The notes beneath the pieces were generated by a model. The model ran no database searches. It had not been told where the DNA came from and worked only from the letters and a program-made list of their open reading frames with translations. Positions 8,359 to 17,950 of a DNA stretch of 64,000 nt are shown here, piece by piece. Each line of letters opens with the position of its first letter. Positions within the stretch are counted from its first letter, which is position 1. A program made the translations under genes and the position numbers. This stretch comes from an uncultured Candidatus Saccharibacteria bacterium. GTDB lineage: Bacteria; Patescibacteriota; Doudnabacteria; UBA920. The DNA is taken from the NCBI GenBank assembly GCA_964490395.1, contig CAZBAS010000002.1, forward strand, positions 127,291-191,290, in the 5' to 3' direction.

Positions 8359-9051
8359 GTGAAATTTTTTATGACATTTGGAAATAAGGTACTACGGTTT
8401 TATAAAAGTCTGCAAGCCCCAAAGTTGCCAAAAGGGGTTTTGGCTATGAATCCCTACACAAATAAGGATGCTTTTGCCCTGGTAAAGCTGTTTACGGATA
8501 GGTTTTATAACGACACTAGCAAACGCATTTTGGTACTTGGCATAAACCCTGGCAGGGTTGGCGGAGGTAGCACGGGAGTAAATTTTACTGACCCAGTGGC
8601 CCTGGAACGGTTTTGCAGCATACCGAATACTCTCCCCAAAAAGCGAGAACTTTCATCGGAATTCATATATAACTTCATAGAGCATTACGGCGGTCCAAAA
8701 AAGTTTTACAAGTCTTTTTTTCTGAGCGCCATAAGCCCGCTCGGGTTTACCAAAAATGGATTGAACTATAACTACTACGACGACACAGACCTGCTCAAAG
8801 CAACAGAAGCGTTTATAGTAGCAACACTCAAACAGCAAATAGCATTGGGTACATCTACCAAAGCAGTTATACTCTTTGGCACGGGTAAAAACTTAAAAGC
8901 ATTTACTGAACTTAATACCAAGCACCACTTTTTTGAAAAAGTGTACGCACTCGAGCACCCTCGCTTCATAATGCAATACAAACGCAAACACTTAGGAACA
9001 TATATAGAAAAATACGCGGGCATATTTTCAGAGGCATTGCGAAATAAGTAA
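8359..9051 (+). CDS. Uracil-DNA glycosylase superfamily protein (Mug/TDG-like GINPG motif).
   Basis: ILVLGINPGRVGG matches the UDG family-2/DUF4918-type catalytic motif. Confidence 0.5.
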   Translation: MKFFMTFGNKVLRFYKSLQAPKLPKGVLAMNPYTNKDAFALVKLFTDRFYNDTSKRILVLGINPGRVGGGSTGVNFTDPVALERFCSIPNTLPKKRELSSEFIYNFIEHYGGPKKFYKSFFLSAISPLGFTKNGLNYNYYDDTDLLKATEAFIVATLKQQIALGTSTKAVILFGTGKNLKAFTELNTKHHFFEKVYALEHPRFIMQYKRKHLGTYIEKYAGIFSEALRNK

Positions 9052-9056
9052 ATATA

Positions 9057-9095
9057 CAATGGGCACCATTGCGCAGCGCAATGGTGCCCATTGTA
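9057..9095. terminator. Long hairpin ACAATGGGCACCATTGCGC-AGC-GCAATGGTGCCCATTGT, bidirectional-terminator-like.
   Basis: 19-bp perfect stem. Outer stem sequence is shared with the hairpin at 33798-33838. Confidence 0.6.
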
Positions 9096-9315
9096 ATAGT
9101 AGTGTATGTAACATAAAACCGGTATATACGTTCTATAACTTAAGGCATTCCAAAAGCTCATCCGGTAGGCTGGCCGCGTCGCTCGCGAGCCACAGTCGTT
9201 CGAGAACGACGTGGCGAGCAACACGACTGGGGATAATTCGCCGAAAATTCCGCTTGACTAAACATGCTATTCTTGCGACTCTAATTAGCTAACTAGTAAT
9301 AAACCCAAAAGAACT

Positions 9316-10083
9316 ATGGACAACAAACCAAGCTCGACCTCCGGAGGAAAAGGCCAAAGTTTTGTACAGCAGAACCGAAACCCCCTTATAATTGCAGCAA
9401 TTGTTATAATTTTGCTGGTAATTTACTTTGCTACTCGTGGCAACACTGAAACTGGCCAGCAAGACCAGAACTCAAACCAGGAAATGAGCCAAAACAGCAA
9501 CACCAGCTCCGAAGGTGACCAGGGCAACAAGCCCGCAGAAGGATCGGCTATGAAAGACACCTCAAAGCCAGCCACACCAACTTCCGCAACCTCGGGCGAA
9601 GCCATGACCGGCAACCTTACCGTAACCGGCAAGCTGAGCGCCACAGACAACACAAGCAAGGGTAACTACATGGTTGCAAGCGACAAGGGCATGGTATACG
9701 TCAACACTCAACGCGACTTTAGCAGCCTGGTTGGCCAAAACGTAACTCTAACTGCAGATGGCACCATGACCGCATTTACTCTCATGGACATAAAAGCAAC
9801 AGGTGACGTAAAAGGCGCTACCGACACCACAGCAAAAGGCGGCGACACAGAAACTGCCCCAGCTCCAGCCACTAAGCCCGAAGAAATGGGTGAGGTAAAG
9901 TTCTCTGGTAAATTGGACAAATCCACCGACCCAGCTAAAGGCACCTACACTATTACTTCCGGCAAAACCGTTGTATACCTCCAGTCTAGCCGCGACTACT
10001 CTGCATGGGTAGGAAGCGATGTAGACCTTACCGCAAAAGGAACCATAAAAGACTTCTCCGGCGCCACCTTGGCAAAGAAGTAG
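9316..10083 (+). CDS. Membrane-anchored secreted protein with a low-complexity linker and an internally duplicated ~65 aa beta domain.
   Basis: N-terminal TM helix and S/T/N/Q-rich linker. Two homologous repeats (GNLTVTGKLSATDNTSKGNYMVASDKGMVYVNTQRDFSSLVGQNVTLTADGT / GEVKFSGKLDKSTDPAKGTYTITSGKTVVYLQSSRDYSAWVGSDVDLTAKGT). Confidence 0.5.
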   Translation: MDNKPSSTSGGKGQSFVQQNRNPLIIAAIVIILLVIYFATRGNTETGQQDQNSNQEMSQNSNTSSEGDQGNKPAEGSAMKDTSKPATPTSATSGEAMTGNLTVTGKLSATDNTSKGNYMVASDKGMVYVNTQRDFSSLVGQNVTLTADGTMTAFTLMDIKATGDVKGATDTTAKGGDTETAPAPATKPEEMGEVKFSGKLDKSTDPAKGTYTITSGKTVVYLQSSRDYSAWVGSDVDLTAKGTIKDFSGATLAKK

Positions 10084-10104
10084 CACTCTATAAAAAGAAC
10101 AAAG

Positions 10105-10129
10105 AATCGCCCTTGTGGCGATTTTTTGT
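10105..10129 (+). terminator. Rho-independent terminator (AATCGCC-CTTGTG-GGCGATT followed by TTTTGTT).
   Basis: Stem-loop plus T-tract immediately after the stop at 10083. Confidence 0.6.
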
Positions 10130-10157
10130 TATTATGCACGTATTATATAGAGCCTGT

Positions 10158-10715
10158 ATGCACGTATACATAGTAGCCATAACCCCTTCTCCGGAAAGTT
10201 GCACCTTGGTACGACACTACCAAGACCTATACCCAGAGTACAATCCATACCTTATACCCCCGCACATTACACTATATCCCCCATTCCACATTCAAGATAG
10301 CTCAGAAGAGACCGTGGTACACCTTCTAGGGCAAGAGATTAAACACCTACGGCCACACACAGTGCATATACAAGATACAGGGTATTTTGAAGGAAAGAAC
10401 AATGTTATATACCTAAAACCAGACGAAACCAGTACTGAATGGCTCCGAGGCGCTTTTAATACGGTTGCTAAAGCCATAGGAGAGTCCGTTGTACAGGCTT
10501 TTAGCGACTACTCCATGGACAAAGACAACTACCGCCCACACATAACCATTGCCGAGCAAATTCCGCGAGACAAGTTTGAAGCCATAAAAAAAGAACTGGG
10601 AACAATAGACCCATTTTTCTTTACTGTACAAAGTATAGACCTGTACCGCCGCTCGCCGGAAACAAAACAATACGACAAGATTTTTGAGTTTTCTCTTGCC
10701 GCGCATGCAGCATAA
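10158..10715 (+). CDS. 2H phosphoesterase superfamily protein (LigT/ThpR-like RNA 2',3'-cyclic phosphodiesterase).
   Basis: Two H-x-T-x motifs (HITLYP and HITIAE). Start taken after the terminator (ATG at 10158, or 10134); the ORF-track start at 10005 overlaps the previous gene. Confidence 0.55.
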   Translation: MHVYIVAITPSPESCTLVRHYQDLYPEYNPYLIPPHITLYPPFHIQDSSEETVVHLLGQEIKHLRPHTVHIQDTGYFEGKNNVIYLKPDETSTEWLRGAFNTVAKAIGESVVQAFSDYSMDKDNYRPHITIAEQIPRDKFEAIKKELGTIDPFFFTVQSIDLYRRSPETKQYDKIFEFSLAAHAA

Positions 10716-10748
10716 CCTTGCTCGCAGAATGAGCCCTACAGACTATAT

Positions 10749-11147
10749 TTATTCCCTATCGGAGAACGCCCAGCTCTCTGCCTCCTGGTTAGAAGCAAAC
10801 GAACGAATGTTGTAGCGATCTGCCAAGGCACCTACAATACTTAACGCCAAACGAATTTCCGGGTCCTTAACAACAAGGCCGGTGCGGTGTATGTGGGGCT
10901 TGTTCTGTTTCTGAAAGTCCACCAACGCATTTATAACAGCCGGGTCTTTGGCTTCCTTAATGCCAACAAGGTCGAACACGCAGGAAATAGTTTTTCCCGA
11001 TTGTTCGTGCATATGTGCAATAAGGGCAGCTGTTTTGGTAACCCAGTCTTGTATTTGCGCGGTGCTTTCACCGCTCAGTGAGCCAGAGGCCTTAAGCCAA
11101 AGCCTATCTGGAGCAAGTTGTTTACTTTCAAATACTAAACCTGTCAT
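10749..11147 (-). CDS. Hypothetical protein, STAS/SpoIIAA-like fold suspected.
   Basis: 132 aa with weak resemblance to anti-sigma-antagonist-type alpha/beta proteins. Low certainty. Confidence 0.3.
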   Translation of the reverse strand: MTGLVFESKQLAPDRLWLKASGSLSGESTAQIQDWVTKTAALIAHMHEQSGKTISCVFDLVGIKEAKDPAVINALVDFQKQNKPHIHRTGLVVKDPEIRLALSIVGALADRYNIRSFASNQEAESWAFSDRE

Positions 11148-11165
11148 AATTCAATTATACACCAT

Positions 11166-11627
11166 ATGAAAATTCACGAACTTGGCCACGTAGTCTTATA
11201 TGTAACAAACGTTGAACGTGTAGCAAATTTTTACCGCGACACACTCGGCTTTCACGAAATACGCCGCGAAGGGCCTATTGCGCTTTTTTCTTCTGGCCGC
11301 ACCCATCATGAAATGTTATTAATAGAAATAGGCGGTGTACCAAAACCAATGCACCGAGCGCCTGAACCCGGGTTATACCACATTGGTTTTAAAGTTGCAG
11401 ACAGCCACGAAGAACTAAAAACTGTATACCAAGAGCTGCAAGAAAAAAACGTGCCCATACTGGGCCTTACCGACCACGGCGTAACCCACAGTATTTACAT
11501 AATGGACCCCGATGGTAACGAACTGGAACTATACGCGGACATCTCCGACGAATGGAAAACTAACCCCATGGCAGTCCTCGCGCCTTCCCGCCCCCTATCC
11601 CTCAGCCAAGAACACATTGAAAAATAG
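11166..11627 (+). CDS. VOC family protein (glyoxalase / extradiol-dioxygenase-like).
   Basis: Tandem beta-alpha-beta-beta-beta module pattern, HxxxxxE-type metal ligands. Confidence 0.6.
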   Translation: MKIHELGHVVLYVTNVERVANFYRDTLGFHEIRREGPIALFSSGRTHHEMLLIEIGGVPKPMHRAPEPGLYHIGFKVADSHEELKTVYQELQEKNVPILGLTDHGVTHSIYIMDPDGNELELYADISDEWKTNPMAVLAPSRPLSLSQEHIEK

Positions 11628-11812
11628 TTGTACAATTGTGTAACTATTTTTCAGTATCGGATTACGCAGATGGGCGCCGCGAGTAAACATGTGGAGATAG
11701 TCTGCAGATGGTGGCAATCAACACATACAACATAACTCCATGCTCACGGGCGTGAGAATATGGATTGTGGGAGATTTCGATTCTTGTTCCAAACTTATAC
11801 ATTTGTACATAT

Positions 11813-12337
11813 ATGAGACAACTCCATAAAATAATATTTGCGGTGGGCCTTGCCGTGCTTTTTATACCAACTACCACAGCCGCACATGGAGGGTTTGAAA
11901 AGCGCGCTGGAGATACGGTTGTGTATATTACCCAGTCCCCCATCTCGCCGTATGTAGGTGAAAAGGTTACCATAAATATGGTGTTTCAGCAGTACAACAG
12001 TTTAGACCGCTGGAAAAACCTGGACGTACAGCTAAAACTCATAGACACTTATTACGGCGACGAAAGTAGAGATAGGGTTGTATTTACCACCACTGAAACA
12101 ACAGATGTAAACGGCTCATTGAATTTCAGTTACACATTCCCCAAAGAAAATTATTTTGATGTTGACCTTAGTTTTACCAACCCGCAAACAGGAAAAAAAG
12201 AAGAAACTGGATTCTTAATTCAGCCGAGAAATAAAAGTCCCGTACCTTCCCGGACCTACCTTCTGTGGATATCCCCTGCCTTGGTAGGGGGAATAATAAT
12301 AGGCATGTTGGCGCGCACAAGAAAACGCCATGCATAA
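11813..12337 (+). CDS. Secreted hypothetical protein with a C-terminal membrane anchor.
   Basis: Signal peptide MRQLHKIIFAVGLAVLFIPTTTAAHG. C-terminal hydrophobic segment plus basic tail (ARTRKRHA). Confidence 0.45.
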   Translation: MRQLHKIIFAVGLAVLFIPTTTAAHGGFEKRAGDTVVYITQSPISPYVGEKVTINMVFQQYNSLDRWKNLDVQLKLIDTYYGDESRDRVVFTTTETTDVNGSLNFSYTFPKENYFDVDLSFTNPQTGKKEETGFLIQPRNKSPVPSRTYLLWISPALVGGIIIGMLARTRKRHA

Positions 12338-12608
12338 GTAAAGACACCCAGGCAAACGCACGCAATCCAAATTATTTACCTATCATGCTTGCGTAAGCCG
12401 TCCCGCATTTCGTTGGGGGACTGACGCTCAGCCTGATAGACTGCATTTCTGGATTCCGGCTCACGCAAAGCCTTGGCCGGAATGACATACGTGTAGACAA
12501 ATTCCAATTTTAGCATTCATGCCACGCAATGCGCTGCAGACAAGTATAGATTTCGCGAAAGAACAATTTGCACTATACTAATACTAAATAGCTAAATTAT
12601 CATTCTAT

Positions 12609-13268
12609 ATGAAAAAAATAGTTTTAGGAGTTGTGGTTTTGTTAGTCCTACTAGTCGGTAGTGTTCTGCTCAATAGAGCAAAACATACTGGCGAGGTAGC
12701 GGACAGCACAGCAGCCATTACCCCTGTCACGCCAAGCACAACACCAACCACTGAGAATGTCTCGCTTAAAAGCCTCCTTGCAATGAACAAGGCTCAAAAA
12801 TGCACCTTTGACAACGAAAGCGTGAGCGGCACAACCTACATAAGTAATGGCAAAGTGCGCGGCGACTACACTGCCAAGACTGGCGGCTCTACCCCGGCCA
12901 CACACATGATAGTAGACGGCACCACAAGCTACATGTGGATGGACAATGCCACCACGGGATACAAAATGAACTTTTCTGCCATGGAAGACAACCCCACCAA
13001 AGGCGACGTAAACAACACTGGGCAAGTAAACGTTGACCCAAACAAAACCATGAACTATAACTGCAGCGCCTGGTCTGCAGACGCAAGTGTTTTTGCACTC
13101 CCCAGTTCTGTACAGTTTACCGACATGAGCGCCATGATGGACAAATACCAAACCCCACCAACCATAGCACCTACTCCAGGGAGCAAAAACATGGACGAGA
13201 TGATGGCAGCCTGTAACAAACTCCCAGAACCTGCGAAAACTCAGTGCTTAAGTTCAATGAAGAAATAA
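12609..13268 (+). CDS. Secreted hypothetical protein.
   Basis: N-terminal signal/TM and a Thr/Pro-rich linker. No recognisable domain. Confidence 0.45.
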   Translation: MKKIVLGVVVLLVLLVGSVLLNRAKHTGEVADSTAAITPVTPSTTPTTENVSLKSLLAMNKAQKCTFDNESVSGTTYISNGKVRGDYTAKTGGSTPATHMIVDGTTSYMWMDNATTGYKMNFSAMEDNPTKGDVNNTGQVNVDPNKTMNYNCSAWSADASVFALPSSVQFTDMSAMMDKYQTPPTIAPTPGSKNMDEMMAACNKLPEPAKTQCLSSMKK

Positions 13269-13286
13269 AATCAATTTTCTTAAAAA

Positions 13287-13312
13287 AGACCAGTGTATAC
13301 CTGGTCTTTTTT
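13287..13312 (+). terminator. Rho-independent terminator AGACCAG-TGTATAC-CTGGTCT + TTTTT.
   Basis: Follows the stop at 13268. Confidence 0.7.
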
Positions 13313-13473
13313 ATGCCATATAGCATTCTGCCATGCTCGCCCACTAGCAGGCAGATGCAGACATGTCGCTATTGGGGCGACACTGGATCCCAAAAAAAAT
13401 CGGGAATAACAGAGGGCGCTGCGGCGCTAACACCAAACGTGCTATAATAGGTATATATTCATAACCCACACTC

Positions 13474-13923
13474 ATGAAAGAACAAAATTACGATAATCAC
13501 AGAAAACTTACTCCTCTATTCCATATTTGGCTGAGCCTACTCCTCTTGCTACTACTCGTTGGTAGCAGCTACAACATTTACTGGCAATGGGTGCACAGAA
13601 ATGGCTGCGGATACGTCTCGCTGGTGCAGTCATGGCTTATCTTGGGCATTGTTGTATTCATCGGTATTAGCGCCTTCCTAACGCGCAGCTTTAGCGCCAA
13701 AGTCCAAGACCGCGCCATCCGCGCAGAAGAAAACTTCCGCCATTTTACGGCTACTGGCAAACCCTTGGATAAGGCCCTTACCATGAAACAAGTTATTGCA
13801 CTCAGGTTCGCAAGCGATGAAGAATTCATAGAGCTTGCCAAACGCGCGGTTTCCGAAAACCTGACCAATGATCAAATAAAGCGGGCCATTAAAAACTGGC
13901 GCGCCGACCACCACCGCATTTAA
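13474..13923 (+). CDS. Membrane protein, hypothetical.
   Basis: Two N-terminal TM helices followed by a soluble domain. Confidence 0.4.
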   Translation: MKEQNYDNHRKLTPLFHIWLSLLLLLLLVGSSYNIYWQWVHRNGCGYVSLVQSWLILGIVVFIGISAFLTRSFSAKVQDRAIRAEENFRHFTATGKPLDKALTMKQVIALRFASDEEFIELAKRAVSENLTNDQIKRAIKNWRADHHRI

Positions 13924-13934
13924 CCTATGCAAAA

Positions 13935-13958
13935 ACCACCCTCTCTGGGTGGTTTTTA
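13935..13958 (+). terminator. Rho-independent terminator ACCACCC-TCTCT-GGGTGGT + TTTTAT.
   Basis: Follows the stop at 13923. Confidence 0.7.
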
Positions 13959-13984
13959 TGTTACGTGCGGTATACTACAGAGGT

Positions 13985-14305
13985 ATGATTACTCATCACA
14001 TACTCTTACGCTGGCAACAAACCCTTTCTGAGGACGGCATAGATGCTGCCCTCCGAAGGCTCGTAGCCCTACCCCTTTCTGTGCCGGGACTGACTGCTGT
14101 ATATGCGGGTAAAAATTATCGTGACAAGGCTTTTAGCTTTAGCCATACTGCATTAATAGCAGCTGCAAATGAGCATGCCATGCGTGAGTTTTACCACCAC
14201 CTACACACCTTAGAAATACAGGCTACTTTAGCAAAAGAAGACGTTGATTTCGTGCCCATAATAACCCTTGGAGACTACACCCAGAGGCAGGTAGTTCCCA
14301 GATGA
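13985..14305 (+). CDS. Dabb (stress-responsive alpha-beta barrel) domain protein.
   Basis: ~105 aa. Matches the Dabb pattern (HIVLLRW...G.N......F.HTALI.....A...F..HP.H). Confidence 0.4.
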   Translation: MITHHILLRWQQTLSEDGIDAALRRLVALPLSVPGLTAVYAGKNYRDKAFSFSHTALIAAANEHAMREFYHHLHTLEIQATLAKEDVDFVPIITLGDYTQRQVVPR

Positions 14306-14375
14306 AATCCGCTCAATATCAGCTTTTGATTTTACTAAAACCCTGCTATTATAAGGTATAAGTAAATAGAAATAC

Positions 14376-15014
14376 ATGAATACACGTTCTAAACTGTTCG
14401 GAATTTGGGTCGTATTGGCAGCCATTATGACTGTCTTGGTTGGCCTTGTATATGCTGGTGTACAACAAAATTACCGACAAAATGCCAATGACCCGCAAAT
14501 AGAAATTACTCAGGAAATTAGTGAAGCCATAACCAAAGGCGCTCCTGCAGACCAGATCATCCCCCCAACCGCTGGTACCGACATAAAAGATAGCCTGGCT
14601 GCATTTGCTATGGTGTTTGACAAAGATGGCAAGGTCATTGGTTCTTCTGCCAAACTAAATGACAAAGATCCAGTACCACCAAAAGGCGTATTTGACGATG
14701 CAAAGAAGCATGGCCGCAACATCCTTACCTGGCAGCCAGAAAAAGGAGTTCGCATAGCTGCAGTGGTAGCACCAGTTAAAAACGGCGACAACGAATACTT
14801 CATTCTTGCCGGACGCAACATTCGCGAAATAGAAAAGCGCGAACACAGTCTTGCCCTTATGTCTGGCATAAGCTGGGTAGTCCTTTTACTCCTCTCGGGC
14901 TTACTCGCCATGGCACTGGGCAACCTCGCTCGCAGCTTTGGCAATATAATAGAGAAAGATACTGAGGTAGTAATTATCGAGGAGACCGCAACAGACAAAA
15001 AGACTGACGCATAA
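14376..15014 (+). CDS. Membrane protein, hypothetical (N- and C-terminal TM helices).
   Basis: ORF with hydrophobic segments at both ends. Confidence 0.4.
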   Translation: MNTRSKLFGIWVVLAAIMTVLVGLVYAGVQQNYRQNANDPQIEITQEISEAITKGAPADQIIPPTAGTDIKDSLAAFAMVFDKDGKVIGSSAKLNDKDPVPPKGVFDDAKKHGRNILTWQPEKGVRIAAVVAPVKNGDNEYFILAGRNIREIEKREHSLALMSGISWVVLLLLSGLLAMALGNLARSFGNIIEKDTEVVIIEETATDKKTDA

Positions 15015-15035
15015 AATTACGCTACTATCGTATAA

Positions 15036-15069
15036 AACCACCGAGGCGCTCTTTGGTGGTTTTATGTTT
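15036..15069 (+). terminator. Rho-independent terminator AACCACC...GGTGGTT + TTATGTTTT.
   Basis: Follows the stop at 15014. Confidence 0.55.
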
Positions 15070-15217
15070 TACATACAAGCTGAAAATTCGAATACCGAAA
15101 TCCGAAGTAAATCAACAATCTTACATAAGCCCCTGCGCAAATCCCCCGGGTTTAAAATTTGCATATTTAATATTAAGATTTACTTTGGATTTAGAGTTTC
15201 GTGCTTCGAATTTAGCT

Positions 15218-15226
15218 GATATACTA
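15218..15226 (+). promoter_or_regulatory. Extended -10 element TGATATACT, 30 bp upstream of the LOG gene start.
   Basis: TGnTATACT-type motif. Recurs upstream of several minus-strand genes (27198, 31057, 32393, 58688, and as a TATAAT variant at 61877). Confidence 0.35.
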
Positions 15227-15255
15227 CTAGTACAGATATACGTAAAATAAACTCC

Positions 15256-16155
15256 ATGCCTACAGAAAAAAAACCTAAAAAAATACACGTTGTATTGCCG
15301 CCTAAAAAAGCGCACAAAACCCCCGACGCATCCCAAGGCAGACTCACCAAGCGACAGCTTCACTCGCTCATGAGTCCCCAGGCAAACCTGTTCTCCCCTG
15401 CCCGTCTCTGGCGCATTGTTTCGGAATTCATGGAAGGCTTTCGGTTTATAGGCCAATTCGACTACGCCGTAAGCATGTTTGGCTCGGCCCGTTGGGGCGC
15501 AGAGCATAGCGTATACAGAGACGCCCAAAAACTTTCCTATTTACTAGCCAAAGAAGGGTTTGCGGTCGTTACAGGCGGCGGCCCAGGCATTATGGAAGCG
15601 GCAAATAAAGGCGCGCGCGAAGCAGGCGGCAAATCTGTTGGCCTAAACATACAACTCCCAAACGAACAGCGTGTAAACCGGTACGTAAATGAAAGTGAAA
15701 GCTTTCACTATTTCTTCACCCGCAAAGTGATGCTTGCCTCGGTGGCGCAAATATATATCTTTTTCCCCGGTGGTTTTGGCACCCTTGATGAATTATTTGA
15801 AATACTCACACTTATTCAGACAAAAAAAATATCTGGGGTATATGTTATTTTAGTAGACCGCGACTTTTGGAAACCATTACTCGCATGGGTCAATAAAGTG
15901 GTATTAAAAGAGCATCGTGCCATAGCGCCAGAAGATGTAGATATGTACCACGTAGTAGAACACGCGGAAGCAGCATACCACTACATAAATAAGCTCTTAG
16001 TGAATGGAGCATTCCAGCACCCACGCGCTATACACTTAGAGCACAACCCAGCTGGCGTACAGATGTCCGACTACGGGCCTACCCACCTACCGCCTATTGT
16101 TGAAAAGCCAGCGCATAAACGACCAGCTACAAAGCATAAACCACGCCCTCTCTAA
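15256..16155 (+). CDS. LOG family protein (TIGR00730; cytokinin riboside 5'-monophosphate phosphoribohydrolase / lysine-decarboxylase-like).
   Basis: [14 protein letters not shown] and [12 protein letters not shown] motifs. Confidence 0.7.
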   Translation: MPTEKKPKKIHVVLPPKKAHKTPDASQGRLTKRQLHSLMSPQANLFSPARLWRIVSEFMEGFRFIGQFDYAVSMFGSARWGAEHSVYRDAQKLSYLLAKEGFAVVTGGGPGIMEAANKGAREAGGKSVGLNIQLPNEQRVNRYVNESESFHYFFTRKVMLASVAQIYIFFPGGFGTLDELFEILTLIQTKKISGVYVILVDRDFWKPLLAWVNKVVLKEHRAIAPEDVDMYHVVEHAEAAYHYINKLLVNGAFQHPRAIHLEHNPAGVQMSDYGPTHLPPIVEKPAHKRPATKHKPRPL

Positions 16156-16172
16156 CATTTGGTACACTCTCT

Positions 16173-16655
16173 ATGTCCACACCCATTATTTCCCTTGATC
16201 AAGCAAAGCAAGACAAGCTTTTTTACTTCGCCCCCACAGTAATGGTGTACAGGGAGAGCGATGGCAGGTGCCTGCTCATAAAACGCCACGAGCGTGAGGT
16301 AGTCGGAGGTGGCAAATGGGCAACGCCAGGAGGAAAACTTGAGCGAAAAGACTTACCCGAGCAGGTAAACAGAAACGCCCTCGAAAACCTCCTCATGCGT
16401 GAAACCCGAGAAGAGTGCGGCCTAGAGCTAGTACCAAAATTTATATATCTGCGAAGCCTGACTTTTGTACGGCCCGATGGCATACCAGTTATAACTCTCT
16501 CGTTTGCTGCGGCCTGCAAAAATGACACAGTACGGCTCGAAGAAGGAAGTTTTACTGAATACGCTTGGGTAAATGCTGAAGAAGTAAAAAATTATGACTG
16601 TCTAGGCACTATCCCAGACGAAATAGTGCAAACCATAGAAGCATTTAAACAGTAA
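16173..16655 (+). CDS. NUDIX hydrolase.
   Basis: Nudix box ...LMRETREECGLEL. Confidence 0.7.
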   Translation: MSTPIISLDQAKQDKLFYFAPTVMVYRESDGRCLLIKRHEREVVGGGKWATPGGKLERKDLPEQVNRNALENLLMRETREECGLELVPKFIYLRSLTFVRPDGIPVITLSFAAACKNDTVRLEEGSFTEYAWVNAEEVKNYDCLGTIPDEIVQTIEAFKQ

Positions 16656-16672
16656 CACCAACACCATCCCCG

Positions 16673-17914
16673 ATGAGTACACAAAAGAAAATTACTATAG
16701 GCATTGTTTTATTACTCTTAGTGGCTGCAGCAGGAGCGGGCGCTTGGTTTTATAAGCACAACTTGTCGGGAAGCGGTCCAGCCTTTAGAGCCCCAGACAA
16801 GGACATAACCACGCTTGTGCCTCCGAGTGGCTCCGCACCCGCTACCAACACCACCGGCATGCCACTGCACTTGCCCGATGGCTTTGCTATATCCATCTAC
16901 GCAAAAGGGCTTGGCAGTCCGCGCGCCCTAGGCACGGACCCCCACGGCAGGCTTGTGGCAAGCATTCCAAACCAAGGCAAAATAGTAGCCTTTGACGACA
17001 ACAACGGCGTTGCAAACCCCATGATTACTGTTGCATCTGGTTTAAACAAACCACACGGTTTTGTATTTCGCTGTGACTTGGCCACATGTAAACTCTTTGT
17101 GGCAGAAGTAAATAGTGTAAAAGTGTTCTCCTATGACGCAGCTAAAGCTGTGGCCACTGCGCCGCAAAAAATACTGGATTTGCCAAGTGGCGGAAACCAC
17201 ACCACTCGCACCCTCCATATACTTAACACCTCTACTGGACCACGGCTATTGGTTGCCATAGGGTCTTCGTGTAACGTCTGTAACGAGCAGGATGAGCGCA
17301 GAGCCGCCATATGGAGCAGCAATCTTGATGGCGGCGACTTTAAGCCGTACGACACTGGACTACGCAATTCTGTATTCATGGCAGAAAATCCACAAACAGG
17401 TGAACTCTGGGCTACAGACATGGGCCGTGACCTTCTTGGGGACAATACACCACCAGATGAAGTGAACATAATTACAGAAGGTAAAAATTATGGATGGCCC
17501 ATATGCTATAGCAAAAATATTCACGATACGGACTTTGATAAAAACCAATACATCCGCGACCCGTGCGCAGATAAACAAACACCGCATATAGAAATTCCTG
17601 CCCATTCTGCGCCCCTCGGCCTTGCATTCGCCCCTACAGAAAACTGGCCTTCTAACTATCAAAACAGCCTATTTGTCGCATTCCATGGCTCATGGAATAG
17701 AAGTGTGCCTACTGGCTATAAAATAGTGCAATACAAACTTGGTGCAGATGGTTCAGTAGAAAGTACCGCCGACTTCCTTTCCGGGTTTCTTGCGAGTGAT
17801 AATAAAACCGCGCTAGGACGACCTGTAGACATACTCATACGGAATTCCACCATGTATGTAAGCGATGACAAAGCCGGAGTTATATATAAGATCCAGCCAT
17901 TGAGCAACCCTTAA
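16673..17914 (+). CDS. PQQ-dependent sugar dehydrogenase family protein (soluble glucose/sorbosone dehydrogenase-like beta-propeller), membrane-anchored.
   Basis: N-terminal TM. Family-typical blocks GFAISIYAKGLGSPRALGTDPHGRLVAS and WATDMGRDLLGDNTPPDEVNII..GKNYGWP. Confidence 0.6.
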   Translation: MSTQKKITIGIVLLLLVAAAGAGAWFYKHNLSGSGPAFRAPDKDITTLVPPSGSAPATNTTGMPLHLPDGFAISIYAKGLGSPRALGTDPHGRLVASIPNQGKIVAFDDNNGVANPMITVASGLNKPHGFVFRCDLATCKLFVAEVNSVKVFSYDAAKAVATAPQKILDLPSGGNHTTRTLHILNTSTGPRLLVAIGSSCNVCNEQDERRAAIWSSNLDGGDFKPYDTGLRNSVFMAENPQTGELWATDMGRDLLGDNTPPDEVNIITEGKNYGWPICYSKNIHDTDFDKNQYIRDPCADKQTPHIEIPAHSAPLGLAFAPTENWPSNYQNSLFVAFHGSWNRSVPTGYKIVQYKLGADGSVESTADFLSGFLASDNKTALGRPVDILIRNSTMYVSDDKAGVIYKIQPLSNP

Positions 17915-17950
17915 CTGTTCATCATTTCCGCCGACAAATATACTTTTTAG

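Noticed and set aside
9059-9292. 77-aa ORF (MGTIAQRNGAHC...) across the GC-rich structured region.
   Set aside because: Arg/Ser-rich, low-complexity composition. It overlaps a terminator hairpin and nested stems. More likely non-coding.
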